From the NCBI GenBank assembly GCA_047967505.1, contig CM106538.1: a stretch of DNA of 64,000 nt; one strand, 5' to 3'. This document shows, piece by piece, positions 1 through 13,250 of the stretch; the stretch's first letter is position 1, and the number at the start of each line of letters is the position of its first letter. Both the position numbers and the translations under genes were made by a program. The notes beneath the pieces are model-generated. The model worked only from the letters and a program-made list of their open reading frames with translations, did no database searches and was not told the origin of the DNA. The DNA comes from Dipteris shenzhenensis (lineage: Eukaryota).

Positions 1-1163
1 ATGCAAGCAAAGGCTACAGGTTGTGGAATCCAGGGGCACGAAAGATCATTGTTAGTAGAGATGTTGTTTTCAATGAAGCCGAGGGCTATACTGACGTGAA
101 AGATATTTCAGACTTGGATCCAACTCTTTTAACCATCATTGATTTTAGTGAGGCTGCAGATGATGCGTTGCAGCCCCAAACAGAAAATTCAGGACACCAA
201 GAAATGCCCATGCAGACGGAGGAAAATATTGTTGAGCCACAAATTAAAACCTATCAAAGGAGGCAAATGCCTCAGCCTGTTCCAGTAGCAGAAAATTAGT
301 TCTTTCCTTTCCTAGATGTGCAAAACCCACACTCCAGGATGCTAGCGATCAGCCCACTCTTGGGTGGACAAGGGATGCCACGAAGAGACTTCATGAAGTC
401 AACTATGCATTGATGACCGCAGTGATGGAAGGTCCAAAGATGCCTACTAATTTTCAGGAAGCACGTACTAATCATCTGTGGTATGAAATCAGAAATGTCT
501 TCTATCCAGAAGAATGCCTAGTAGATCTACCAATGGGCAAATCTGTCATGGGCACAAAGTGGGTATACAAGGTGAAATATCATGCCAATGGTGAAGTGAA
601 AAAATACAAGGCACGCTTGGGCCAGGGATATTCACAGGTGGAAGGCATTGACTATGAGGAGACATTTGCTCCTGTGGCCAAGATGACTATTATTAGGTGT
701 GTTGTGGCCATGGCTGCCTCATATGGTTAGCCAATATATGAGTTGGTTGTCAAGACCGCCTTCTTGAATGGAGACCTCAGAGAGGAGGTATATGTGAAGC
801 AACCCCTAGGCTTTGGTGTTGCAGGACAGGAACACAAAGTGTGCGAGTTGCAGAAAGCATTATATGGTTTAAAACAAGCACCACGTGCTTGGTATCATCG
901 CATACATGCTTGTCTACTGTCACATCAGTTTTGCAATACTCCAAGTGACCCCAACTTGTATGTTCTGCAGGAACATGACTACATAGTCATCCTCATTTTA
1001 TATGTGGATGGTATTATACTCACAGGCAATGATGTCGATATAGGTACCCTAGGTACTTCTGAGGCATTTCCAGCGTATCACATCCATACCATTGAGGGGG
1101 GTATGTAGGATATTTTATGTATTTATTTCATTTATTTAGACTTCTTCATGTTAAGTGACACTC

Positions 1164-1460
1164 GTGTCCTCTAGGGCGACTATCGAGAGGCGTGCTCGTT
1201 TCTGCAAGGCTTGGCTTGCAGGTGTTTTCTACATCTTCACTCTGCGAGGGATTCGCTGGCTGTATAGTCCCCCCACTTGGCTGTTAGCCCTAGTTTCAGA
1301 GATCCCCTAGGCAGTGAGCTGGGTTTCTCTGGAACAGGCCGGTTTCTTTCTTTCTGCCTTTTCCGATTTTTTCCATACTCAACACCTTCGGGGCTGCTAT
1401 CTTGTATGAAATCTTTCAAGCATTAATAGAAGGTTCCTTTCTTTGAAAAAAAAGAAGAAA
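1164..1460 (+). mobile_element. 5'-truncated LINE family A, 3' end with poly(A)
   Basis: Closely matches 25340-25625 and the reverse complement of 2957-3200. Ends CATTAATAGAAGGTTCCTTTCTTTG followed by an A-rich tail. Confidence 0.85.
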
Positions 1461-1464
1461 ACTC

Positions 1465-1871
1465 CATAGTTACCAGGGAATGGGAATGTCTGAAAATTCG
1501 GGTGTTGGAATGGGAACGTTCTGGGAAGGGGGAATGGGGGAATGGAAACGGATTGCCACGTCATACATATGTCATCATATGACATCAAACTATGCTAGAA
1601 AATGAAAGAAACTAAAATTTTACAGCTTTAAACATTTTCTATATAAGCTCTAAAATAACCATTTGAAACTTTCAAAGAGCAAAAAAAAAAAAAAGGGATG
1701 TTCCAGGGCTGTTCCGGCTTGCTTCCTGGAACGGTGTTCCAGACACTCTGGATGTTGGAACACCGTTCCTTGGTAACTATGGTAAGGATGTTCTGGGGCT
1801 GTTCCGGCTTGCTTCTTGGAACGGTGTTCTAGACACTCTGGATGTCGGAACACCGTTCCTTGGTAACTATG
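1465..1871. mobile_element. Non-autonomous TIR element (MITE) with a tandemly duplicated right end
   Basis: Left end CATAGTTACCAGGGAA; right end TTCCTTGGTAACTATG occurs twice (ending 1781 and 1871, 90-bp period). No coding capacity. Confidence 0.7.
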
Positions 1872-1923
1872 GTACACTCTCCTTGCTCTCCTACACTCGT
1901 TGTGTATGCTCATGCTATTGTCC

Positions 1924-1963
<40 letters not shown>

Positions 1964-2111
1964 CCTACAACTACCACGAGACTTCACAAGTTGAGGCTGC
2001 CTGAAGTGACCTATAATGGTCATGAAATTGGCATGAACTAGGCTATGTGTATGCACGACTTTGGCAGTAAGCTAGAAAGGGCATATCCCACTTTTATATA
2101 CATATATAATT

Positions 2112-2956
2112 GAAAAAGACTTCTATTAAGTATGAAAAATACCATGTGAGCAAGCTCAAAGCGGAAATACATCATGTTGTGCATGAGGAAAACCCCCTAA
2201 AAGAGGGAACATAAAACTCATGATCCAGAAAGAAACTAAGGTTGAGGTTGAAAGTGCCACCTCAACCTTACTGTAGTCTCTAAGAAAAAGGGGGAACCCC
2301 TCAATTCCCTAAGGAATATAACCCTCCTGGATGTGCGAGGGATGAACTTGAGATCCGTCTAAGGCCTCTATGCATGTGGTCCTCCAAATCTGCCAAGTAG
2401 TGATGCTAGCCAGTATCTCCCAAGCGGTATCCCAATCAGCATGTACTGGTCTATAGCGGATAGGCACATCCTCCAAAGAGCAAGTCTCGACTAGGTGACG
2501 TCGAATCTTATGGCCCAAGAAGCATCTTGCCACTCAAAGAAGATCCGAGGCCCTAAACCGTGCCGTTGACGAACTTTTGGAAGCCTCTTGAAGGATTTCC
2601 AAGAAACTATGGAGGCGGCAGGGCCTCTCTCCTACCTAAACCACTGCATATAGTGAGACATACCAAACTGCCTACCATGTTCATCAAGTATACTGTCATT
2701 CCACATAATCGGCTGCCTGTCAATCTCTTCGACAGAGGAGGGAGGAACTCTCTGAAGAAGGGTACTTCTAAAGGTGGCCCAAGCCTTCAAAATTGCAACC
2801 ATAAGCGAGAGGAAGGAGACCTGAGACGTGTTGAGGTGAAGATCCATCTGGTGCTGTCTATCCAATCTCCCCCCGAGGAGAGGCTGCAAGCCTGAATACC
2901 GTGAATGAAGAAACTTTTCCAAGGCTCATCCCTAGGCATAAGTCCTCTAACCACAA
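2112..2956 (-). mobile_element. LINE family B, 3' fragment
   Basis: WEILASITTWQIWR and DRQPIMWND match 31740-31970 and 39380-39930; same 3' UTR (CATACTTAATAGAAGTC). Confidence 0.85.
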
Positions 2957-3200
2957 ACTTTTTTTTTTGGGCAAAGAAAGGAACCTTCTATTAATGTTTG
3001 AAAAAACAGCATCCCCGAAGGTGCTGAGTATGGAAAAACTGGATCAAGGCTGAAAGAAGAAAAACCAGCTTGTTCCAAAGAAACCCAATTCATTGCCTAG
3101 GGAATCTTTGGTATAGGGGCTAACAGCTAGGTGAGGGGACTATACAGCCAGCGAATCCCTCTTGGAGTAAAAGTGTAGAAAACTCCTGCAGGCCAAGTGA
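2957..3200 (-). mobile_element. LINE family A, 3' fragment
   Basis: Poly(T) on the + strand followed by the reverse complement of the 1164-1460 sequence. Confidence 0.85.
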
Positions 3201-3419
3201 CACATTACATACTAGTCTCTGCCTTCTTTTCGTCGAATCACGGGCACGGGTAGAAAAAAACCTCAGGAAACTTCTTCACGTCGATTCAAGCTCACAATCA
3301 CAGGCGATGACATCCAGATTATCCTCCCAGCCTATCTCATGGATTACATGCACACAAGATACGTAATTCATTTTCTTCATGCCTATCCACAAGCCCACAA
3401 ATCCCTAGATGGTTCCCTC

Positions 3420-4160
3420 CTACCACGCCTCGTAGTAGATAGCCAGGGCTCCCTTGACTCTGTAGCTCGATGTGGTGCCCTCTAGGTACAAGGCTGTGTC
3501 ATCTGCAAACTCAGAGTCTAGCAGCTCCTCCTGTCGTCTGATTGGGAGTCTCAACCTTGTGAGGCCCGCCACCTGCAATCTCAAGTAGTAGCCCAGAGCC
3601 TCCGCCACAAACAAGAAGAGAAAGGGACAAGAAGAGAAAGGGAGCGAGGGGACAGCCCTAACGGACTGAGCAAGAGAGAGAGTCTGTGTGAAAAACCCAA
3701 CCTCTGCATAGTATCCTCTAGGAAAGACCACTCCACCCGTTGTAAGCCTTCTCAAAATCCCAGAGAAGGACTGCCAAAGGCTATGACTCCTCCTTGGCCC
3801 ATTCCACTACCTCCCAGAACATGAAAATGTTGTCATGGATGATGTTAGTGGGATGAGGCCGTAACTGCAAACTGAATACCTTGGCGAGGATATTGTATGC
3901 GGTATCAAGCAAGGTGATCGGTCTCCATTGCTGAATGTCTGACCTATCTCCCCCTTTCAGGATCAAACAAATCCACCCCCTGCTCAAGGACTAAGGAAGG
4001 GATATCTCCTGGCAGGCTAGGCAGAAGGGGGTAGTAATTATCTCCCAAAAGTTCCAGAAGAAGGCCGGAGTCAAGCCATCTTCGCCAGGACACTTCTGGG
4101 TCGGGAGGGCCTTGAGGGCTTCCCAGAGCCCCTCATCCTCTAGACTCCTGCACACAGAGG
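3420..4160 (-). pseudogene. LINE ORF2 reverse transcriptase fragment
   Basis: PGEDGLTP, QWRPITLL and SEFADDTALY; disrupted reading frame. Confidence 0.85.
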
Positions 4161-4199
4161 GATGGCAATTGTAAATGGTCTCCTAGATTCAGACTTACA

Positions 4200-5100
4200 T
4201 CGTCACAAGGAGTATTAAACAAAAAGGTGTTCGTCTTTGGCTTATTTTCCTCGGGCTGTTAGGACAAGCGAGTCCAGGTTGGAAGGAAATTATGTGCCGT
4301 GGTGCTTTACCTTAGAAGCATGACACATACCACTTTAGGACTTATAGTGAGGCTCCTCTTATGTGTCAGAGGGTTCAATTGCAATGCATGTTGCTCAGCA
4401 AGTCAAGCGTAAGCATCCACTTGGGGGAAGTACAATCTATTGTTACATGTGCAGGGTCCATGCCTAGGACAAGTTTCATTTGAACGAATTGATAAAATCA
4501 TGTGTCTTCTGAACGAATTGATAAAATCACGTGTCTTCTGTAAGTGCTGTTCGGGAAGATATTTTTGACCAGCTCCTAGAAAATTATGCAGAATTGGTTA
4601 TGTACGATAATTGGAAGGTGTGCTTGCTTGGTGCTTGCAGCGGGATGCACATAAAAGACAGGATGTTAACTGGAGCATTTTCGTTCTTATACATATGGAT
4701 GTCTAGAAATAACCTACAGTTCAAGGACGTGCTTACTGACCTGTTGGCAATATTGGTTCAACAGGATAAACTAACTGTAGCTCAAGAGATGCAAACAACA
4801 AAACTGCAGGAGCGAGTATGGAGGGACCTATAATCAGCAGTCCAGGTTGTCTATGCCACTATCAACTGTGCTACTGATCTTAAGGACTGACCGCAGGATT
4901 TGGAGGAGAGAGCTCGCTGGGATACACCCTCAGCTTTTCCAGAATTATGAGCTGGCTACTGAATACTCGTTTTGGTAGAATTTAGTCCATTTTCATTTGC
5001 TCAACTTTCGGATCCAGTTGTTTTGCAGAGTCTTGGCCCTGTAAATTTGAACCTAACTGATGTATCTGATGTTGCTGTAAAATATCACAAATCTTCAGCC
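4200..5100 (+). mobile_element. Possible old LINE ORF2 C-terminus and 3' UTR
   Basis: YIWMSRNNLQF resembles the IWxxRNxxxF motif of plant L1 C-termini; otherwise weak. Confidence 0.4.
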
Positions 5101-6149
5101 CCCCAAAAAAATGTTGACAATGTATGTTGCCCTGCCCTTTGAATTTTATGCATTTTATCTTTCGACCACTTTCTTGTTTATAAGCCCTTGTTTAACTGCT
5201 AATGATTGTGGCTTTGATAGGTTCAATGAAAAGTTATCTCCTCTGAGTGCATTCACTCTCTATGATTCAGTCTCCAAGCTGTTTCATTTTATCAATATGC
5301 TCCATATCACGATTTTTAAATTAAGAATTCAATTTAGGCAAACTTTGACCAAGCCTGCATCCATATTTTCAACATAGATTTTTATTTTATTTTGTAGGAC
5401 ATGTTGTCAAGAATTCCACAACATTTGTGTTGTGAGCGGTTCTGTTAGTTATGTCATTTTTTTTGCATGAAACAAGGTCGAACATGTTTCTTCCAATAAG
5501 AAAAATGCTTAACTCTTGAGTTGCGTATGTGATTTTTTGCTTCTGTCATAGTTCATAGTGCTTGGATCATAGTATCAGTAATTGATAGCACCTGCTCCCA
5601 GGACACCTTGTATTTGTTATAGCCTATAGGTGGCCTTACTTTTCAGCACTTTTTATTCGCTTTAATGAATGGTTCAATAAAAGATATTAGGGGTGTCTCA
5701 CATTGATGCTCAAAATAGATTCTCTTAACGGCGGCAGAGACTCCTCATTGAATGCTTGGACTAAAATAGATCGGATATTGCCAAGTTAATACCAAAGTTC
5801 ATGAAAATAGGTCATGGACAAATTTTTAAAAATCCTATCAAAGGTCAAAATGTTTTTCAAAATGCAAGAAATGTATATTTTACTCTTCTAAATGTCAGTG
5901 AGGATAATGTTCAATTTGGAATTAAAACAACGAAGATATGTCCTCTAAAAGCTCCTTTGAGAATGTGGGTATTTTGCAAAGAATGGGGTCAAAAGCTATC
6001 CTTTGGAATAGAGCCTTGAGGAAATATTTCTTTTTTATGATACATTCTTGGAATACTTTTTCGATGCTAATTCATTGGAATCTACTATAGACATGGTTAG
6101 ATATTCTTTTACTTTAAATTCATGAGTTTGCTCCATAATTTCCTTTTCT

Positions 6150-8465
6150 TCTTAAAAAAAAAAGACTTCTATTAAGTATGAATGAAACTCCAAGAGCGAA
6201 GCTCAAGGGAGATATACATCATGAGAGGCATGAGAAAATAAAACCCAAATAGGGCCGAAGCAAACTCCTAAACGGGAGGTGGAAAATATCCAAGGTTGAG
6301 GGTGAAAGTGCCACTTCAACCCTGTGGGGATTACTTCAACCCTGTGGGGATTCCGAGAAGAATGGGGAGCTACACCACTCCCTCAAGAAAACCTTCCTCC
6401 TGGTAGAGGCTGCTAGTGAAGACCCTTGCATGGTCCCCCAAATGGCTACCAAGGTTTATACCATGTCTGTCCAGATTCTAGCCAATGTATGTGCGGGGTG
6501 GACCTGAGAACCATCAAAAGCTCTTAACATATGTACCTCCAAATGTGCCACGCTAATATGCTCGCCAGAATCTCCCACAAAGATCCATAGTTTCATGCCC
6601 AAGTCTGTACTTCTGAGAGTCAAGAACATGGTCCAAATAATATGACAACCAAATGTCGTCAAACTGAAAAAAGAGACTACAAATAGTCATGTTTCTCGTA
6701 GAACACTTGAGGCCCTGAAAGAGAGCCATACTACCGAGCTTGAGGTCATGAAGAAAGGAGAACACATGAAGGTGCTTAAAATTGTAGCGATCCCCTTCCA
6801 AATGATCCTCGCCTATCTGCAATCTCATAAGCAATGCTGAATAGACTCATCAGCAGAGAGTCAACGAGTACATGTGGAATTTACCCCAAACTTCAACCTC
6901 CACTGGTTCATTGAAATCCCTCCATGAATAGAAAGCCAAAAGAAAAGAGTGATTTTTCTATTCTTGAGGGATTTCTAGAGTCTCTTTTTGCAGATTAGTA
7001 GAAATATGCCATTGAGGAGCTCTGATGGGCTTCTAGCCTTTGAGATTGAGCTGAAATCTCTTGGCATTACTAACTGTGAATCGAACAAAGGGGAGGCTCT
7101 TCACTTGATGCCTTGCATCAATCCATTCCCACTCCTCGGGGTCCCACGGCAAACACTTTATGGGGACACCTCCATATTGCCAAAGCCTCCAAGAGCATAG
7201 GGGAATGTGACTTGGGTTGGGGTCTAGATACCATCCTAACTCCAAAAAAAACTGTCCTACATGACCTACAACCTTGACTGACTAAAATGTAATATCCATA
7301 AGAAAATGATCCGTAGATCTAAATAACTTGCCCCAAGACTGAACATCAAAGACCAAGGCATCCTCATCTAATCAATGTAGTCCACAACCTGAAGTGGGAT
7401 CCCTGATCTCATAAAGGCTTCTAGCCATGGCCTTAGAGTGAAACATGTCACTTGGAAGAACACAATCCAAGGATATGGCTGCATCAATCTCCTTGCACTT
7501 TCTCTGAGGTGGCTTACTAATTAGAATTTGCCATCATCTAGAAGACATTTGAAGATACTCCAAGAACCCATAGAGGATGCATGACGTTTCTCCCATAAAG
7601 ACCACTACTTATAGTGAGAAGTACTTAGTGGTCTGCGATGTGCATCAAGTAGACTATCAGCCCACATGATTGGTTGCTTGTCAATCTCTTCCCGAGAGGA
7701 GGGAGGGGGCTCTCTGAAGAGTACTCTTGCAGCTGAACCAAGATTTCAGGATAGCAGCCATAAGGGGGGTGGAAGAAGTTCTAAGATGGGTTGAAGTAAA
7801 GATCCATTTGGTACTATCTTTCCAATCTCCACTTGTTGAAGGAGAGCAGGATTGTATGTATCTAATGAAGAAATCTTTCCAAGGTTCCTACCCTGGCAAG
7901 AGTCCTCTAATCACCACCGTGCATAATATAGCTTTGGTCTGCACGTCTGGATCTTATATTGAGGCCACCTTCCCACTTGGGAAGGATCTGAGTCTCCGAA
8001 GCCACCTTGGCTCTGTTGAACCATCTAGACCACTCCAAATAAAATTCCTTATCGGTCTTTTGAGCTGAGTGATACAATCCCTAGGATGGCACCAACAAGA
8101 ACAAACAAACCATGCTATGGCCAACAATGCTTGGTTAACCACAAGCAAGGTCAAGTTTGGCTGAGTTGAAGAAAGAAGTTTCCACCTAACATCTCCAGCA
8201 CAGGGGTGAATTGTTGCAAAAGAGAGGTGCCCACACGAACATGAAGCCCAACTACCTAATAGAAACACCACTCTGGATCCAAGGAAAACCAATATCAAAC
8301 CCCCAGGATGGTATGTCCTCATCACTTATCCAAAAGCCATTGGATTTGTTCCAATTGATGTGTGCACCTGCTACAAAACAAAACGAATCCAACGTTGCTT
8401 TGAAAGATGTGAGGCTTTGTGTGGTGGCATCCAAAAAAATAGCAGTACCATCATCTAGCTTCTCC
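6150..8465 (-). mobile_element. 5'-truncated LINE family B
   Basis: LDDGTAIF, INWNKS, VVNQALLA and WDPEEWEW are colinear with the 30600-39930 copy; same 3' UTR. Confidence 0.88.
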
Positions 8466-8633
8466 ATAATATTCTTCAGTTTCAAGAATATCCCGAGGAT
8501 GAAGAATATTGTAACACATGACAATTAAATCTTTTTGGGGACGAGGCTTGTGAGTTGAATAACTAAACAATTGACCAAATTTATTTATGAAATCATGATT
8601 ATCCATCCTCTTTTACGAGGTCTAGCATTTAAT

Positions 8634-8732
8634 TGCTCCTATTTCTTTGGGTATGAGTCTTCTTTCATTTTAAGGCTCATGAGATTTGGCAGAATCAACT
8701 TGTTACCACTATTTAAACACGTGTTTAGTTAC
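8634..8732 (+). pseudogene. Penelope-like element RT fragment, segment immediately before motif C
   Basis: Encodes CSYFFGYESSFILRLMRFGRINLLPLFKHVFSY, which resembles the LY..YE..F......F...FRY stretch preceding YIDD. Confidence 0.6.
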
Positions 8733-9270
8733 CTTCAAGGAATTCAACCAGTTCTAGTACTTTAGTTAGCACACCAAGAAACTTCGAGGACATTAGGAAA
8801 TGTCGTATGAGGTGTAATAATTTTTACTTTTTGAAACCATTGTTGGTCATAAAACTGACCATTTCTAAAATAGCCGTAACAGCTTTGGCATTACTATTGC
8901 ATAATTGCATAAGTAGGGTGCATAAGTAGGGAATAGGAAAGATTTGGGAGAGGATTATTTTGTAGGCTTGGCCAATAGGCCTATTAGATTGAAAGTGGAT
9001 AAATTTGGATAAAGGAAAAGGAAGTGCTTTTGTTTTATCAAACTTATCCAGTGTAAAGCTACCATCTCCCATAATTTCAATAGAGAGATTCATAAAATTT
9101 GTGGATAGAGTTATTACTTTATCTAACACACAAATGGATTTGTGAATGGTTTCCTTAATCTCAATGATAGGTAGTGGATAAATCCAAAAAGGATTATTTG
9201 GATCTCTGATAGCATTTGGATAAAGAAAATCTTTTATACAACTATTGTTAATACATAGAATATCATCAAT
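8733..9270 (-). pseudogene. Penelope-like (Naiad/Chlamys-type) RT: motif C through thumb and C-terminus
   Basis: Hand translation gives IDDILCINN...FWIYPL..IEIK...TNFMNLSI...FDKTKALPFPLSKFIHFQSNRPIGQAYKIILSQ...NGF, matching the YDKR..FPF....FP...SN.P....Y....SQ thumb signature. Confidence 0.72.
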
Positions 9271-12200
9271 GATTCTATGTGAATAAATTTATATGGTTGT
9301 GGAGAATGGTAAGCACTTTCCATATTGGGGTGTCTACCATCACTCGTATTATGGTGTTGTGCCCACCATGGGATAAGGGCGGGTACACACACACACACAC
9401 ACACCTTCCTGACAATTTTGGTAAGAAAGGATAGGGTTTTTGTTCCCATGTATAAAAATGATTTTTTCTATGCTATAGGTAAAATGACACATAACCTATA
9501 TATTTATTCAAAGATCTAACAACTCCAATGGGTATATAATTGACCATAACCTGGTAATTACGTGAAATTAACCCTTAAAAGATTTTTTTTTTTTGACTCA
9601 ACAAAAGTGTGGAATTAGGGATGATTCTTGCCTTGTTTTATAAAGGGGAAATCATAAAGAAAAGCAGTTAAAAGAGGCTTTTAATAGAAAAAATATGTAC
9701 TATGAACACGGGGGTATTGGGTAAAGAATGGGTCGGTTGATATGCATGAATAGTCATGCTATTAAAGACTCGAAGGTCAATATTCACTGGACAATTAATT
9801 ATAGACTGCTTAATCTTTGTGTAATTATTGGGATTCTTTGGAATTCCCAAGACTGAGACGATTCGTGTACATAAGGGAAAATGAATCATTTGAAAGGACC
9901 CTTCATCTCCCAAGATAACTCTTCATTTATTGGGGAGGCACTGCTATAAATGCCACCTCTACTTCAAGAGGGGAGCATTGAGAATTGTGTACATAAGATA
10001 TTACGATTGGCTGTGTAGACGGCTTCATAAGGTAAGTGGACATACCACCCACCTTCGTTTTATACTTGAAAAATGATGCATAGGGAAATGCTTATGCATT
10101 AAACCCCATGGGGCTATGCAGTCAGAGGTCGAAGTCTGGTGCTTTAAATCCTCCAACGACCGAAGTACATGGGCGCTTCTATTCAAATATTTAGGAATGC
10201 ACTAGCCTTCCATGCATAGCATTGAGTCGCTGGTCTCTAGGCCACATGGGTGACCATCACTGACCGCACACATGATATGCTAAGTGTAATACACAATGTA
10301 GTCATGCCATTAATAGCACTTGTGTAGGGCAGCATAGTGACGGTCATAGTCATATATAGTGATATACAATGTACACATTACAACGCGTGCGGCATGGGAG
10401 TCCTGACTCCATGGGCCCTTGGGCACATTCGACTGGCCGAGCACATGGGCGGGTATCCTAGAGAGCCATTATTGGACTGTGTGACAGGCAACGTGTTGAA
10501 GGTCTTCACTGACTCCGAATTAGACTATGCAGTCCAAGACATAGCATGGGAGTTTGGATCCCTTGGTCCCTTGGGTCGTGTGGCCTTGAGCCATGGGATG
10601 GACATTAAGAACTTTTATAAGGACCTTATGCCTTACATAGGTTAAAGGCCATTCGTCTAAATTGTCTAGGCCCTTTAATGTGACCTTAGGACCTTAAGAC
10701 CTTTTACTTGTACCTTGGGTCCTTGATACTTTTTAAACCAGACCATCGGACCTTTGGACACGTCCATTTAGGCCTTTTTCGACCCCTTTATGCCTTAAGT
10801 ACCTTATGGTCTTTTGGTTGTTTTTCCTTATTAAAAGGCGTTTTTCATTGGGTTTTAGGCAAAACATGAGATCTTGTAGAAAATCAAAATTTCAAAAAGA
10901 AAAGGCATTATCAAGTTTGAAGAAAAAGTTTTTAAGTATAAAAAAGTATATGCCTATATTTTTCTAATGGCATTAGCTTTTTTATATGGCTATATCTTTA
11001 TAATGGGATAATTAATTTTATGCTTATGTGGGGATATTTCATGTGTGAGAGGATTAAGGAATTTTCCTAATCCTTTATTTTTCATGGTCTAATATTTTAC
11101 TCTATATTTCGGACATCGATAACAAGTCCAGTAATGCTATGACACCTATCTTCCCTTCTGGTTTAAGCTATCCTAACTTAAGCATGTTGGATGGTGGTAG
11201 GTATCAGCATTGCTAGTTGAAGTGTAGTACAAAGGTTCTATCATGGAAATTTTCTTTATAATCCTAGAAATATTCTCTTTTTAGGATTCAACCATATTTT
11301 TGTCTCTAGTAATACCTTCTCTCATATATCATTTGATGTAAAAATGTTGTTCTATGGGACTTTTACCATGAAGGAATTTCCTAATGTATCCCGTACTAGG
11401 ATTATTATTTCATATCAAAGTGACCTTGATAACATTTTGATATATCCACTAATATAGAATGCATTGGCATGAGAGGTTAATGCACGGCTCCCTTGGGACT
11501 AGGAGGCCTAGATACTCATCTCGAATAGAGGAAACCCATTTAATAGATATTTACCTTTATCTTATTGGACAATTGGACCCTTTTTCCTATCTAGTTATTG
11601 GTGATAAGGAGCTTATAGCACCATCTAATGAAGAGGAGAAGAAATCGTATAGCACAACTTTGCTTGGGATCAAGTGATTATTTATGAAAATTGGACCATA
11701 ATATTATAGTAACATTCCTTTTTATTAAGATACCCCCCTATCATTTTAATAAATATTGCAATAAGAATAGACAGACTAACCTTATATTAAATCCATAAAA
11801 AATGGAGCATAGCATATATGGAAAATCCAAATCTTTGAGACCCGTTGTAGGTTAAGAAGATGAGGGAATTTGATAACCTTTATGAGATACCCCTATTGAT
11901 ATAGCCTTGGGTCGGCTTGGATTTTCACAAAAAATTAGGTAAATAAGAAGAGGAAACTTATCTGATCCACTTTAGCGTATTTCTATAATAACGGCATGAG
12001 ATGGATACCAAGAGGTGTTAAACATCTAGGAAAAGAGCTAAAGACAAATTGGAATGAGAGATGGAGGCAAGATATCACAAAGCAACACTACATTTCTATT
12101 GCGCACAAAGGGAATACAAGTCATGTAGATGTCTCACACACTCATGTACAAGACCTTAAATAGGCTATTGGAAGAGTCCAATTGTCCCTCACTAAGCAGT

Positions 12201-12549
12201 CTACCTCCAAGTGTCTCACATGCAAGGACATAGTTATCAAGCGTGATAAGTAAAACCACATAGCCGTTTCAAAAATCATATCAAACTTTCTTTTCAGGGG
12301 GACAGACATCCCATACTTTCCCCTTGGAGAACTGATGGAAAAAATTTGGAAGGCAAGTCCCTTTCAGCCTGTCAAGAATTTGGGTCTAGAAATCATTCAT
12401 AAGCTTCTTTAAAGTGAAATGCACAGACATGCAGGGTGGATTTAATTCTTGACAAGAGATCGATTGGTAGTGGCAGCAAGGAGAGAGTAGAAAGATGGAT
12501 CTGATGCTGAGTGGACATGGTTGAAAATGTACATGAAGATCAAGTAAAA

Positions 12550-13250
12550 GGATATGATGCAAATTACAAGATAGAGAAAGTTGGTCTTACAATAGAATAA
12601 TTGGCAATATGGGCTGATCTAAAGCTTTGTTGAGAGCCTGTGATCGTTGTCAAAAGATTTTAGACTAGCATCACATCTAGCATCCACCCATGAAACCATG
12701 AAAGTCTAGGACCAAAAGTGATCCTATTGAGTGCAAAAAAGCTTTCTCACATGATCAGCTTGAAAGGGTTTAACTTCAATGTAGGAAGTATCCATAGTTA
12801 CATTTGTCAAGAGAGAAGTAGTAGGGCCCATTGATTACATTTACAAGGAGGCCATGGGAATATCGCCTTTGCTTTGGTAAATCAAACCTCTTTCCATCTC
12901 TTCTTTCAAGACATGAAGGTGGACATAAGGTCTTGATGCTCCGTAAGGCGTTCAAACTTTAAACTTCATATATGCTTAGCTACAAAGTGAGTTAATGAAA
13001 CACTTAGCTACAACTTTGTATGAAATTGTTGGCCATGCCCAAGCTCTTGGTTTTTACATAGTGATTTAGAAAAATGCAGGTATCCATTCCGAGATAGCTC
13101 AAATCACGGAGCTGCATATCAATAGGGCATTTTGAGTTGATGCATCACAAAAACTAGCTATAGCAGGATAAAGTGTGCGTCATTGAACACCAACACAACC
13201 ACATGTCCCAAGTTTTCATAGCTAGATGCAAGCACTGACTCAAGGAAGTC
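12550..13250 (+). mobile_element. Highly decayed Ty3/gypsy integrase remnant
   Basis: WADLK..RACDRCQK (HHCC-like) and a VRH*TPTQPH-like segment; many stops. Confidence 0.4.

Larger units (their letters stand above)
1..1969 (+). mobile_element. Decayed Ty1/copia element: end of integrase and RT, RNase H deleted, PPT and 3' LTR (1104-1969) carrying nested insertions
   Basis: Motifs [51 protein letters not shown] and LYVDG, broken by stops and frameshifts. GAGGGGGGTA PPT precedes TGTAGGA (1104), and TCCTACA ends at 1969. Confidence 0.88.

Noticed and set aside
1694-1874. CRISPR-like palindromic repeats
   Set aside because: Only two whole-unit tandem copies, no unique spacers, and a eukaryotic context.
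9998-10065. Three-way junction resembling a type III hammerhead ribozyme (minus strand CTTATGA) near the PLE
   Set aside because: Two hairpins can form, but the CUGANGA, GAAA and NUH core positions are all mismatched.
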